A stretch of DNA of 64,000 nt, from the NCBI GenBank assembly GCA_050944455.1, contig JBMNRC010000002.1, forward strand, positions 1 through 64,000, given 5' to 3'. Each line of letters starts with the position of its first letter. Position 1 is the first letter of the stretch. Below, piece after piece: positions 47,552-58,016 of the stretch. Source of the DNA: Lachnospiraceae bacterium. GTDB lineage: Bacteria > Bacillota > Clostridia > Lachnospirales > Lachnospiraceae. The position numbers were made by a program, and so were the translations under genes. The notes beneath the pieces were generated by a model, which worked only from the letters and a program-made list of their open reading frames with translations, made no database searches and had not been told where the DNA came from.

Positions 47552-48097
47552 TTATTTTTTCTCATCGGTTCTGCCGACCGTAAACATCGTAATGACGGTG
47601 GCGGCGGCGTTGTAGATCAGCATCACGCCCATCAGCCGGATCATTCCCTCTATGGTAGGAAGGGGGTGCACATACTGGCTGACGGAGACGACGATATTGA
47701 CTATGGCCAGAATCAGGGCGAGCCACCAGCGGGGATACCCGTAACGCTTCAGGGTGATGGACTGCGCCAGGATATACATCCCGAAGATCATGATGATGAT
47801 GGAGATCAGGTATTCGGCGATATCCATGAACGGCTCAGGCTTGAACAAAATCATAAAACCTAATACAATCATGACGAAGCCGGCGGCCGTATCCATGGTT
47901 GTATCCGCGGTGAGTTTTTTCTTCGGGTTCAGGTTGTGGACGCTCTGGACGATGCCTCCCGCGGCAGTGATAAAGCCCAGGGCGCGGAAAAGCACTTTGG
48001 ACGACTGCGGGACGGCAATCAGCACAATGCCGGCGCCCAGCAGGATCACAACGTTCAACAGAATATTTTTGGACATGCTTTTCAACATCTTCAGCAT
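47552..48097 (-). CDS. DUF308/HdeD-like small multi-TM membrane protein
   Basis: 181 aa, six hydrophobic segments, AGAGGAAG RBS; family assignment tentative. Confidence 0.5.
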   Translation of the reverse strand: MLKMLKSMSKNILLNVVILLGAGIVLIAVPQSSKVLFRALGFITAAGGIVQSVHNLNPKKKLTADTTMDTAAGFVMIVLGFMILFKPEPFMDIAEYLISIIIMIFGMYILAQSITLKRYGYPRWWLALILAIVNIVVSVSQYVHPLPTIEGMIRLMGVMLIYNAAATVITMFTVGRTDEKK

Positions 48098-48432
48098 GGG
48101 TCGTTCTTCCTCTCTTCTGAACTTCAGCCATTTTCAGTTTTCCGAAAAGGCCCGCACATAAATATTATGAAGAGCCGGCCGGTTTGTCAATGATGTGGGA
48201 AGTTCCATAAAACTTTAATATTTTGTGTTAAGCCCGGTCCCGGGGGCAGCCTTGTGAAGGGGACGCCTGACGGGTCTGCCCCGCAATGCGGATGGATACC
48301 GGCGGACAGGGGCAGGAGGGCAGGTCTTAAGAAACGCGCCGGGCCGGCGGCATCCGGCGCGGAGGAGAGGACGCGGCGCCGGGCGCCGCGGGAAGACCAG
48401 ATGCCGGAAGGCGGTCCGAAACAGGAGCTGCA

Positions 48433-49104
48433 ATGGAAAATCATAAGCCGGAAAATGGCTACAGGACAGCCGTCTTTGACCTGGACGGGACCATCCTCGA
48501 TACGCTGGACGACCTGTATCACAGCGTCAACACGGCGCTGCGGTCGCAGAACCTGCCGGAGCGCAGCCGCGCGGAAGTCAGGAGTTTCGTGGGGAACGGG
48601 ATCCGCCGCCTGATGCGGCTTTCTGTTCCGGCGGGAACCCCGGATGAGATTTTCGGGCGCGCGTTTGACGCGTTCAGGGAGGATTACGCGGTTCACTGCG
48701 CGGACGCCACGGCGCCATACCCGGGAATACCGGAGCTTCTGGGGCGCCTGCGCGAAAAGGGAATCCGTCTGGCGGTTGTCTCCAACAAGGCGGACGGTGC
48801 CGTCCAGAAACTGATCGCCCGCTATTTCCCGGGAATGTTCGACTCCGTGGCCGGAGAGCAGCCGGGAGTCCGCCGAAAGCCCGCCCCTGACACGGTGAAC
48901 CGGTGTCTTAAGGAGCTCTCGGCCGACAGGGCGGAAGCCGTTTATATCGGGGATTCCGAAGTTGACCTGCGGACGGCTGAGAACGCGCACATGGATCTGA
49001 TCCTCGTGGACTGGGGATTCCGGGACAGGAGTATGCTGGAAAAATCAGGCGCTCCGCGGATTGTGTCGACCGCGGAACAGCTGGAGAAAGCCATCTCAGG
49101 ATGA
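48433..49104 (+). CDS. HAD-IA family hydrolase (phosphoglycolate phosphatase-like)
   Basis: motif I FDLDGTILDT, motif II VVSNK, motif III/IV GDSEVD. Confidence 0.85.
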   Translation: MENHKPENGYRTAVFDLDGTILDTLDDLYHSVNTALRSQNLPERSRAEVRSFVGNGIRRLMRLSVPAGTPDEIFGRAFDAFREDYAVHCADATAPYPGIPELLGRLREKGIRLAVVSNKADGAVQKLIARYFPGMFDSVAGEQPGVRRKPAPDTVNRCLKELSADRAEAVYIGDSEVDLRTAENAHMDLILVDWGFRDRSMLEKSGAPRIVSTAEQLEKAISG

Positions 49105-49197
49105 GCGCGGCAGCCCGGCGGCCGCTGAAAAGGAAATGGCCGCGGCCGGTGCGCTGTCCAAAAACATCAGCAAAGCTATCAGCAGGAAAGGCGACGG

Positions 49198-50775
49198 ATG
49201 ATCTGCGTCACTGTAAACAAAGACCTTTACCGATATGAGATAAACGCGCTGTTCCGCGCTTTCTGGCCGGAACAGGAAGTACAGGTAATCATGGAAGGCA
49301 CCGGGCCGAAAAGGCAGGCGGAAAAACCGGAGATTCTCTTTCAGGCCGGCGTCGTTTACCGGCCGGATCAGGTGGAACTCTCGATCCCGGAAAATCCGCC
49401 GACGGGACCCGTCCTGACCTTCACGCCGCTCCCGGAGGAGATGGAGGAGTTCGCGGAAGGAACCGCGGTGTGCGATGAGAAATCCCACGCGCTGAAAACC
49501 GCGCTCAAGCATATGCTTTACCGGGCCCTGTCCCAGGTTACCGGGAAAAAACTTCCGTGGGGCGAGCTGATCGGCATCCGGCCGACGAAACTGGCCATGG
49601 AGGTGCTGGAAAACGGAGGCACGGAGGAGCAGGCTGTCCGGACGATGATGACGGAGCACAAGGTTTCCGAAGAGAAGGCGGTGCTCTCGGCGCAGATCGC
49701 TGAGCGCGAAAAGGAAATCCTTTCCCGCATCCATTTCGAGAACGGGTACAGCCTGTACGTCAACATCCCGTTCTGCCCGACGACCTGCCTGTACTGCTCG
49801 TTCACCAGTTTCCCGATTTCGGCCTGGCAGGACCGGGTGGACAGCTACCTTGACGTGCTGGAGCGGGAGATGCGTGAAACTTCTGCGATGATGAAGGCGC
49901 AGGGCAAGGTCCCTGACACCATCTACATCGGCGGAGGCACGCCGACTACGCTGAGCCCCGCGCAGTCCGACCGGCTGCTGACGATGATCAGCCGCTATTT
50001 CACGGAGGGCGGGCCGAAACCGCTGGAATTCACCGTGGAGGCCGGGAGACCCGACAGCATCACCGCGGAAAAAGTGCGGGTGCTGAAGGCGCACGGCGTC
50101 ACGCGGATGAGCGTGAATCCGCAGACCATGAACGACCGGACCCTGCGTCTGATCGGCCGGCGGCATACGGTGCAGCAGACCATCGAAGCCTACCGCTGCG
50201 CGAGGGAAGCGGGCATGGACAACATCAACATGGACATCATCCTGGGACTGCCGGGGGAATCCGCTGCGGATGTGCAGCACACGGTCGACGAGATCGTCAG
50301 GCTGTCCCCGGATGACTTTACGGTTCACTCGCTGGCTCTCAAGCGGGCCTCCCGGATGATGAAGTACATCGAGGAAAACGGATTTTCGGCCATCAGCAAT
50401 ACCGACGAGACCATGCGCATCGCTTCCGAGGGGGCGGCCAGAATGGGGCTGGTGCCGTACTATCTCTACCGGCAGAAAAACATGTCGGGCAACTTCGAGA
50501 ACGTCGGCTACGCGCGCCCGGAAAAAAGGGATGAAAACGGGAACATCCTTTCCCCCGCCCGGTACGGCATCTACAACATCCTGATCATGGAAGAAAAACA
50601 GACCATTCTCGCGCTCGGCGCGGGGGCGATCACCAAGCGCGTGTGGGACCGCGGGGAAAACGGCATCCGGATCGAGCGGTGCGAGAATGCCAAAGAGATC
50701 GACGTATACATGAACCATATCGATGAGATGCTCGAACGCAAGAGAAAACTGTTCGGGCTGGACAGCAAAGCCTGA
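49198..50775 (+). CDS. coproporphyrinogen III oxidase family radical SAM protein (HemZ/HemN-like)
   Basis: CPTTCLYCSF CX3CX2C motif, HemN-like body, about 170-aa N-terminal extension as in HemZ. Confidence 0.75.
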   Translation: MICVTVNKDLYRYEINALFRAFWPEQEVQVIMEGTGPKRQAEKPEILFQAGVVYRPDQVELSIPENPPTGPVLTFTPLPEEMEEFAEGTAVCDEKSHALKTALKHMLYRALSQVTGKKLPWGELIGIRPTKLAMEVLENGGTEEQAVRTMMTEHKVSEEKAVLSAQIAEREKEILSRIHFENGYSLYVNIPFCPTTCLYCSFTSFPISAWQDRVDSYLDVLEREMRETSAMMKAQGKVPDTIYIGGGTPTTLSPAQSDRLLTMISRYFTEGGPKPLEFTVEAGRPDSITAEKVRVLKAHGVTRMSVNPQTMNDRTLRLIGRRHTVQQTIEAYRCAREAGMDNINMDIILGLPGESAADVQHTVDEIVRLSPDDFTVHSLALKRASRMMKYIEENGFSAISNTDETMRIASEGAARMGLVPYYLYRQKNMSGNFENVGYARPEKRDENGNILSPARYGIYNILIMEEKQTILALGAGAITKRVWDRGENGIRIERCENAKEIDVYMNHIDEMLERKRKLFGLDSKA

Positions 50776-50981
50776 TGACCGGACAATGAATTGCGGAGGG
50801 CGGGCAGCAGAGTTCCTTCTCTGCTGTCCGCCCGATTGCTTTTCATTGTTTTAATGAGTTATTTTTCTTTTGCGGCCCCGCGCACCGGCCCTCTGCCGGC
50901 GCCGCATGAGCGGTACCGGTACCGTTCAGCGCGCAGAAAGGCCGGGCGGAAGGATCTCCTGCCGCCCGGCCTGTGTGATGA

Positions 50982-52001
50982 TCAGTTGTCGTTGTAGCCG
51001 TTGGGGTTTTTCTGCTGCCAGTTCCAGGTGTCCGCGCACATCTCGTCGATGCCGTATTCGGCCTTCCAGCCGAGTTCCGCGGCGGCCTTGTCGCATTTGG
51101 AGTAGCACACCGGGACGTCGCCCGCGCGGCGCGGCTTGATCACATACGGGATTTTGTGACCGCATGCCTTCTCAAAGGCGTGCAGCACCTCGAACACGCT
51201 GTAGCCTTTGCCGGTGCCGAGATTGTAGATCGAGACGTCCGGCTTTCCGGACAGTTTTTCGATGGCTTTGACATGGCCTCTGGCCAGATCCACCACGTGA
51301 ATGTAATCGCGGATGCAGGTGCCGTCCGGCGTCGGATAGTCGTTGCCGAACACGTTGAGCACCTTCAGCTTTCCGATGGCGACCTGGGAGATGTACGGAA
51401 GCAGGTTGTTCGGAATGCCCTTCGGGTCCTCGCCGATCAGGCCGCTCTTGTGCGCGCCGATCGGGTTGAAGTAGCGCAGAAGAATGACATTCCACTCGGG
51501 GTCCGCCGTGTGGAGGTCCGTCAGAATCTGCTCCAGCATGCTCTTGGTCCAGCCGTAGGGGTTGGTCGGAGTGCCTTTCGGGCACTTTTCGGTGATCGGG
51601 ATCTCCGCGGGGTTGCCGTATACGGTCGCGGAGGAGCTGAAGATGATTTTTTTGCATCCGTGGTTTCTCATCTCATCGACCAGGTTGAGGGTTCCCCCGA
51701 TGTTGTTGGAGTAGTATTCAATCGGTTTCACCACGGATTCTCCTACCGCTTTGAGCCCGGCAAAATGGATGACGCAGTCGATTTTCTCGTTGTCGAAAAT
51801 CTTTTTGACGTCATCCCGGTTCCGCATATCGGCGTTGTAGAATGTCAGGTCTTTGCCCGTGATCTGCTTAATGCGCTCCAGCGCCTTCTCACTGGAATTG
51901 TACAGGTTGTCCATCACGACAACGTCATATCCCGCGTTCAGCAGTTCTACGCAGGTGTGGCTTCCAATGTATCCCGCACCGCCGGTAACCAATATTTTCA
52001 T
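50982..52001 (-). CDS. galE: UDP-glucose 4-epimerase
   Basis: MKILVTGGAGYIGSH Rossmann motif, catalytic S..YxxxK (YGWTK). Confidence 0.93.
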   Translation of the reverse strand: MKILVTGGAGYIGSHTCVELLNAGYDVVVMDNLYNSSEKALERIKQITGKDLTFYNADMRNRDDVKKIFDNEKIDCVIHFAGLKAVGESVVKPIEYYSNNIGGTLNLVDEMRNHGCKKIIFSSSATVYGNPAEIPITEKCPKGTPTNPYGWTKSMLEQILTDLHTADPEWNVILLRYFNPIGAHKSGLIGEDPKGIPNNLLPYISQVAIGKLKVLNVFGNDYPTPDGTCIRDYIHVVDLARGHVKAIEKLSGKPDVSIYNLGTGKGYSVFEVLHAFEKACGHKIPYVIKPRRAGDVPVCYSKCDKAAAELGWKAEYGIDEMCADTWNWQQKNPNGYNDN

Positions 52002-52173
52002 GACTCATTCCCCTCCTGTGTCAGATAAAATCAACTGTTCCGGATCAGATGGAATCTGATGCCTCAGGCTTCTTTCCGCCGGCTTCCCGCATTCTTTGCG
52101 GGGACAGCGGCGGCAGCGGCCTCCGGTGTTCCTGATATCCGCGGAAGCCGCCTGAAACAGCGGCGCGCCTGCC

Positions 52174-53343
52174 TTAAGCCAGGCGGTGGGCGCCGTCGCC
52201 GATACTCACGACATAGAAATCAGCCGCGTAGCCGATCTTGTCTTTGTATTCCTTCCCGACGTTTTCAATAAAACTGTCGACAGCGTCGTTCTCGACGATG
52301 CTTACCGTGCATCCGCCGAAGCCGGCGCCGGTCATGCGGGAGCCGATCACTCCGCTGCACTTCCAGGCCGCGTCGACAAGCGTATCCAGCTCTTTCCCGG
52401 TTACCTCGTAATCGTCCCGGAGGGAGACGTGGGAAGCGTTCATCAGTTTCCCGAACGCGGCGATGTCCCCGGCCTGCAGATCTTTGACGGCCTCGATGGT
52501 GCGGGCGTTTTCGTATACGGCGTGTTTAGCCCTTTTTACGCGCACCGGATCCTTGATGGCGTATTTGACTTCCTCGAATTCGGCGGGAGTCAGCTCGCCG
52601 AGGCTTTTGATATTCTTCACCTTCTGGATTTCTGCCAGAGCGGTTTCGCACTCGGCTCTGCGCTCATTGTACTTGGAATCCCCGAGGCCGCGCTTCTTGT
52701 TGCTGGAAGCGATGACGATCTTCGCATTGTCCAGCCTGATCGGGGCGTAAACGTAGGAGAGATCCGCCGTATCGAGGAAAATGGCGTTGTCCTTTTTGCC
52801 CATGGCTACGGCAAACTGGTCCATGATTCCGCAGTTGACGTGGTTGTAGTTGTTCTCGGAGAACTGCCCGTACAGCGCGAGATCGATCATGGAAAGGTCG
52901 TCGTATCCGAACATATCCCTGAGCATCACGCCGGTCAGGACTTCCAGGGAAGCGGAAGAAGAGAGGCCCGAGCCGTTCGGGATGTTTCCGTAGACGACAA
53001 TGTCGAGGCCGGAGAACAGCGGATGCTTTTTCTCGGTGAAGGTCCACATGACGCCCTTCGGATACTGCGTCCAGTTTCCTTCTTTCCCGAGCGTGAAATC
53101 GTCCAGGGAAGATTCGACGACGCCGTCTTTCTCAAAATTCATGGAGTAGAAGCGGAGCTTATTGTCCGGCCTTCTGCGCGCGGCCATGTAGGTGCCGATC
53201 GTCAGGGCGCAGGGGAAGACATGCCCGCCGTTGTAGTCAGTGTGCTCTCCGATCAGGTTGACGCGGCCCGGCGAAAAGTAGGTGCGGATATCCCCCTCGC
53301 CGCCGTACAGCTTTTTAAAACATTCCAGTACTTCATTGATCAT
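52174..53343 (-). CDS. galK: galactokinase
   Basis: ATG 53343 with GGAGGT RBS; GRVNLIGEHTDYNGG galactokinase signature and GHMP motif PNGSGLSSSAS; track start 53463 rejected. Confidence 0.92.
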   Translation of the reverse strand: MINEVLECFKKLYGGEGDIRTYFSPGRVNLIGEHTDYNGGHVFPCALTIGTYMAARRRPDNKLRFYSMNFEKDGVVESSLDDFTLGKEGNWTQYPKGVMWTFTEKKHPLFSGLDIVVYGNIPNGSGLSSSASLEVLTGVMLRDMFGYDDLSMIDLALYGQFSENNYNHVNCGIMDQFAVAMGKKDNAIFLDTADLSYVYAPIRLDNAKIVIASSNKKRGLGDSKYNERRAECETALAEIQKVKNIKSLGELTPAEFEEVKYAIKDPVRVKRAKHAVYENARTIEAVKDLQAGDIAAFGKLMNASHVSLRDDYEVTGKELDTLVDAAWKCSGVIGSRMTGAGFGGCTVSIVENDAVDSFIENVGKEYKDKIGYAADFYVVSIGDGAHRLA

Positions 53344-53510
53344 GGCGTTACCTCCGTATCCGGGACAGCCCGGCAATATTTTCTCTGCTGCGGCTGCGCC
53401 TCCCTGGCGCTGGACCGTGATCCGGCCGCGGGGCGGAGAACAGCTGCGCATATCTGAAGCCATTATAATAGATGTAAGTTTTTTTCACAATGACTAACTG
53501 ACGGGCTGCG

Positions 53511-53601
53511 CCGAATTCCGCGCCGCAGAAAACGGAACGGATTTCACCGCCCGGAACGCCTCGACCGATGACCGAATTCCGCGCGGCAGACAGCGAAACG
53601 C
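53511..53601. repeat. pair of 30-bp direct repeats CCGAATTCCGCGCSGCAGAMAMCGRAACG spaced 61 bp in the galK leader / galK-LtaS divergent region
   Basis: copies at 53511-53540 and 53572-53601. Confidence 0.8.
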
Positions 53602-53775
53602 GAAAACCCGCCCGGCGGCGCCTGTCAAATCTGGGTAAAGATTTTGTAAGATTCTTCATCAAATTTACACAGATTTAATAAATCTTTTATGTTATACTAG
53701 GCAAGGCATTCAGTCGCTGTTATTTCCGCAGGCGGGTGAAGCTGCGGGACAGCCAGTTTTTCGGTGAGGTGAAAT

Positions 53776-56292
53776 ATGGAAAATCAAAATCTGGACGGGT
53801 CCGAAAAGGTTTCGGATCAGCCGGGTGATGAGACACAGAACGAAGAAATCAGCACGGAGAAGACGTCCGTGACTGCGGAGAAAGAAGAAAAAACGGCAGA
53901 GAACCCGGAAGGGCAGACACAAGACAGCCCGGAAGAAGAGCCGGGGGAAATGAAGGAAGCCGGAGCGGATCAGCCGGGAGAGAATGTAGCGGGGAAAGCG
54001 GACCAGCCGGCGGCGCAGGACAGTCCGGTGAATCCGTCTGCTCCTGAAAAGCCTGGCAAACCGGAGAAACCGGGGAGAACGAACAGGCCGAAGAGGCAGA
54101 AACAGCCGTTCCAGTACGGCTATCTGGCTGACGACGGGAGAAGAATCCATGTGAGGAAGAATCTTGCCTGCCTGGTCGAGGCGGCCGTTTTCGCGGCTCT
54201 GTTTATCCTGATTCTGGCCATGGGATGCTACTACAACGGTTTCAACGGCCGGATGTTCACAGGCGTCGCGGCTCTCTTTGCCGCGTCCGAATTCATTCTG
54301 CTGGTGGCGGTTAACCCGGTCAGAAAAGCGAGAGCCGTCATTGCGCTGGCCTGCGCGGCAGCCGCGGCCTACGCTATGATTGACTATTTCATGCACGGCA
54401 TGTCCTGGCGCGACTACTTTATCCTGCTCGTCTCGGTGTCCGCGGCGGATTTCTTCCTGCTGCAGACCCCGCAGATGAACCGGAAAATGCACAGCGTCAT
54501 CGGCATGGTTGTGGCGTGCTTTGTGCCTTTCCTGCTGTTCTGGACGGTGGAGCTTTACAACCATGACTGGGATACGCTGGTAGACAACGCGCCGTTCGTC
54601 AACTACGCGCTGTACTACATGCTTTTTGCCATCCTGCTTTTTGCGGCGGGAAGCCCCAAGGTATCCCTGACTGTGCAGATCATCTGCATCGGCGGATTCG
54701 CGGTCGCCAGCTATTTTGTCATGCTGTTCCGCACCAACCCGATTGTCCCCTGGGATATCTATTCGATCAGGACGGCGATGGAGGTCGCTGGCAACCAGAC
54801 GTTCATGATCAGCTGGCGCTTCGCCTTTGTCACAGGCGTGGTCCTGCTGCTGCTGGCCGTTGTTTTCCGCGATACGGTCAGGTTCAGAAACTGGGTGGTC
54901 CGCCTGGTGCTGACGGTCGCCTCCTGCATTTCGCTCGCGTTCTTCCTCAACTTCCTGTGGCAGGATGACACGGCGGACCGCCTGAAACTGAACAAATCGC
55001 TGTTCCGCCCGGTCCGCATGTACAGTTATGACGGCCTGGTGCTGAACTTTACGCTGAACCTGCGGTACATGACGATCAGCGCGCCTGAGGGCTATGATTC
55101 CGAGACCGAAGCCGAAGTGCTCGCCTCCCAGCCGGAAGACACGACGGAACTGCCCGAAGACCTGCCCAACGTCATCATCATCATGGATGAGACCTTCAGC
55201 GACCTTGCCGTCAACGGCGAGTTCCGGACGAACATGGATTATATGCCGTTCGTCCACAGCATCCTGAACGGCGAGGTCGAAAACACGGTAAGCGGCTATC
55301 TCTACGTATCCGTTCTCGGCGGAAATACCGCGAACTCGGAGTTTGAGGCCATGACCAGCGACAGCATGGTGTTCTTCCCGGCGGGTTCCGTGCCTTATCA
55401 GCAGTATCTGCTCCAGAATGATATCCATTCGCTGACGGAGGATTTCAACAACTGGGGGTATTACACCATCGGAATGCACCCCTACCTGGCTGCCGGATGG
55501 AACCGCAACAAGATCTATCCTCTGATGCATTTTGACCAGACGATTTTCCAGGAGGATCTTCTGGAGAACAACCTGTACCGCACTCTGCTGCGCCGGTACG
55601 TCAGCGATGAAGCGGATTTCAAGAACGTCGAGCTGCTGCTGAACCGCAACGACGACCCGGTGTTCATGCTGAACATCACGATGCAGAACCACAGCGCTTA
55701 CGGCGGTTCCTACCTGAACTTCACGCCGCTGATCCGCGCGATCTTCTACAACACTTACACGACCAAGTACCTCAACCATTATCTCTCCCTGATCTATGAG
55801 ACGGATAAGGCGCTGGAGGAACTGATCACCGACCTGTCGGAGAGCGATGAAAAAACCGTCATCCTGTTCTTCGGAGACCATCAGCCCAACGATTATGTCG
55901 TCGAGCCGATCTTCAAGGAAAACGGCCTGGACATCGACAACCGCACGCTGGACCAGGAGCAGAAGCGCCATATCACCCCGTTCTTCATCTGGGCAAACTA
56001 TGACCTCGGACTGGACAGCGCGGTGACCGGCGTCGAGACCAGCGCCAACTATCTGGCTGGCCTGCTTCTGGATACGATCGGCTTCCCGAAGGACCAGTAT
56101 CAGACTTATGTTTCCTCTGTCCAGGAGACGTTCCCGATTTTCAACGCTGTCGCCTACCGCAACACGGACGGAGAGTGGAAAGAATACTCCGAGATGACGG
56201 AGGAAGAGCAGGCTGTGTACGACGAGTACGAAAAACTGCAGTACTATCACATCTACGACCAGGAATACGAGGAGTACGAAGCCGGAAACTGA
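53776..56292 (+). CDS. LTA synthase / sulfatase-domain membrane protein with about 110-aa acidic Pro/Glu-rich N-terminal extension
   Basis: GGTGAGGTG RBS; multi-TM N-terminal half, C-terminal alkaline-phosphatase-like domain IIIMDETFSD ... FGDHQP. Confidence 0.8.
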   Translation: MENQNLDGSEKVSDQPGDETQNEEISTEKTSVTAEKEEKTAENPEGQTQDSPEEEPGEMKEAGADQPGENVAGKADQPAAQDSPVNPSAPEKPGKPEKPGRTNRPKRQKQPFQYGYLADDGRRIHVRKNLACLVEAAVFAALFILILAMGCYYNGFNGRMFTGVAALFAASEFILLVAVNPVRKARAVIALACAAAAAYAMIDYFMHGMSWRDYFILLVSVSAADFFLLQTPQMNRKMHSVIGMVVACFVPFLLFWTVELYNHDWDTLVDNAPFVNYALYYMLFAILLFAAGSPKVSLTVQIICIGGFAVASYFVMLFRTNPIVPWDIYSIRTAMEVAGNQTFMISWRFAFVTGVVLLLLAVVFRDTVRFRNWVVRLVLTVASCISLAFFLNFLWQDDTADRLKLNKSLFRPVRMYSYDGLVLNFTLNLRYMTISAPEGYDSETEAEVLASQPEDTTELPEDLPNVIIIMDETFSDLAVNGEFRTNMDYMPFVHSILNGEVENTVSGYLYVSVLGGNTANSEFEAMTSDSMVFFPAGSVPYQQYLLQNDIHSLTEDFNNWGYYTIGMHPYLAAGWNRNKIYPLMHFDQTIFQEDLLENNLYRTLLRRYVSDEADFKNVELLLNRNDDPVFMLNITMQNHSAYGGSYLNFTPLIRAIFYNTYTTKYLNHYLSLIYETDKALEELITDLSESDEKTVILFFGDHQPNDYVVEPIFKENGLDIDNRTLDQEQKRHITPFFIWANYDLGLDSAVTGVETSANYLAGLLLDTIGFPKDQYQTYVSSVQETFPIFNAVAYRNTDGEWKEYSEMTEEEQAVYDEYEKLQYYHIYDQEYEEYEAGN

Positions 56293-56426
56293 TTCCGCGC
56301 GCCGGCCGGCCTGAAGCCGGATATGAAGCGAGCCGCCCGGGAAAACCGGGCGGCTCATTTTTTCCGAGAATTTTTCCTGAAGCCGCTGCTGTCTTTCCGG
56401 CTTTCTTCACCGGCCGCACAGAGCGC

Positions 56427-56625
56427 GGGACAGGCATATCGCAGGGCAAGCGCATTGCGTGGCAGGGACTGCGCGGGACAGGCATATCGCGGGGCAAGCG
56501 CATTGCGTGACAGGGCTGCACGGGACAGGCATATCGCGGGGCAAGCGTTGCGTGACAGGGCTGCACGGGACAGGCATATCACGGGAAAAGCGCATAGCTG
56601 GACAAAAGCGCCGCTGGACAGGGGC
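56427..56625. repeat. tandem array, about 3.5 copies of a 45-48 bp unit GGGACAGGCATATCGCGGGGCAAGCGCATTGCGTGACAGGGCTGCAC
   Basis: copies at 56427, 56475, 56522 and a degenerate copy at 56567; lies between convergent LtaS-like and truA genes; no spacers. Confidence 0.85.
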
Positions 56626-56669
56626 GGCGCAGTGAAAACAGCTGCGGCGCAGGGAGAACAGCCGCGGGG

Positions 56670-57422
56670 TCAGCTGTAGTCCACGCTGATCAGGCACAGC
56701 CCGCAGGGCGGCGCCGTGAGCCCGGCCTGTTTTCTGTCCTTCGCTTCGATCAGCGCCGGGATGGATGCCGGATCCCTCTTTCCGATCCCGCATTCGATCA
56801 GCGTACCGGTCAGGATGCGCACCATGTGCTGCAGAAAACCGTCGCCGTGGTAGGTGAAGGTGAGATAAGGCCCGTGCTGTTCAATGACAATGGAATCGAC
56901 CGTGCGCACAGTTGATTTTTTCATGCGCGGATTCGCGCAGAAGGAAGCGTAGTCATGGGTACCGGCCAGGAACGACGCGGCTTCGCGCATCCTGTCCAGG
57001 TCGGGCTTCCACTCCGCGGGAATGTTCCAGACATACTTGCGGTCAAAAACCGGCTTGAGCGGCCCGGTATAGCAGGTGTAGCCGTACGTTTTGCCGACAG
57101 CGAGATAGCGGGCGTGAAAGCGGGGAGAGGCGTCCCGGACGTCCAGAACGCAGATATCCTCGGGCAGGTAATGGTTGCAGGCGTCGCGAAGCTCATCGGC
57201 GGACAGATCAGTTTCGAGATGGGCGTTGCACACCATGCCGCGCGCGTGGACGCCGGCGTCAGTGCGGCCGGCCCCGATCACTTCGACGGACTCCATGCCG
57301 GTGAGTTCAGCCAGCAGTTTTTCCATTTTTCCCTGGATGGTCATTTCTCTGCCCGGCTGCTTCGCCCAGCCGTAATACCGGGTGCCGTCGTAGGCAAGCA
57401 GAAAGCGGATATTTCTTTTCAT
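56670..57422 (-). CDS. truA: tRNA pseudouridine(38-40) synthase
   Basis: LAYDGTRYYGWAKQPG...GAGRTDAGVHARGMV catalytic Asp motif. Confidence 0.92.
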   Translation of the reverse strand: MKRNIRFLLAYDGTRYYGWAKQPGREMTIQGKMEKLLAELTGMESVEVIGAGRTDAGVHARGMVCNAHLETDLSADELRDACNHYLPEDICVLDVRDASPRFHARYLAVGKTYGYTCYTGPLKPVFDRKYVWNIPAEWKPDLDRMREAASFLAGTHDYASFCANPRMKKSTVRTVDSIVIEQHGPYLTFTYHGDGFLQHMVRILTGTLIECGIGKRDPASIPALIEAKDRKQAGLTAPPCGLCLISVDYS

Positions 57423-57720
57423 TGCGCTGAAGGCCGCGTGCCGCCGGGCGGCGTGGGCCTGTTCTCCTTTCCTGTCCCCTGTCGGGGTTGAATGTCCCCA
57501 TTATAGCCGGATGTTCCGCCGTTCCGCAAGAACCCGGGCCCTGCCGCGGATAACTCCTGACTTCTCCCCGATGAGACGCCGGCGGCCGCGGTGAGGAATA
57601 ATACGGCGGCCGGAGGACGGGCTGCCCGTCACTGGAGCATGGTATCCCGGCCTGCAGGCCTGACGTCTGCCGGGGAACGGCCCCAGATGCCGCCCGTAAG
57701 GATATTGTAAGGAAAATTAC

Positions 57721-57748
57721 TTGCACTTTTGGCTTAGTCAGGTATAAT
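57721..57748 (+). promoter_or_regulatory. sigma-A promoter TTGCAC-16-TATAAT with about 265-nt leader before mreB
   Basis: TTGCAC 57721-57726, TATAAT 57743-57748. Confidence 0.55.
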
Positions 57749-58016
57749 GATACAAGGTTATTTATGCCTGCGGAAGACGGTAAAACAGGCTTCCGCGGGA
57801 TCGCAGACGGTCTCTGCCGGAACGGCCGGAGGCCGCGGAAGAACAGCCTGACGAACGGCCCGGGCAGCCTGTACAGCGCCTGTTCCCCGCGCCTTATGCG
57901 CCGCGGGATTTCTGTTTTATTCTGACACAGTTGATCATCGATGCAGTTTTACTGATACAGTTTCAGACCGGAAGGGCGTCCGCCCTGCCGCGCATCTGAC
58001 AGGGGGTTGCAGATTC

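Noticed and set aside
49096-50718. 540-aa minus-strand ORF opposite the HemN/HemZ-like gene
   Set aside because: Antisense artefact in a GC-rich coding region.
53710-56358. 882-aa minus-strand ORF opposite the LtaS-like gene
   Set aside because: Antisense artefact. The sense strand encodes multi-TM plus sulfatase domain with a good RBS.
56427-56625. Possible CRISPR array
   Set aside because: Repeat units are directly adjacent with no unique spacers, unit length about 47 bp, and no cas genes in the window. Classified as a tandem minisatellite.
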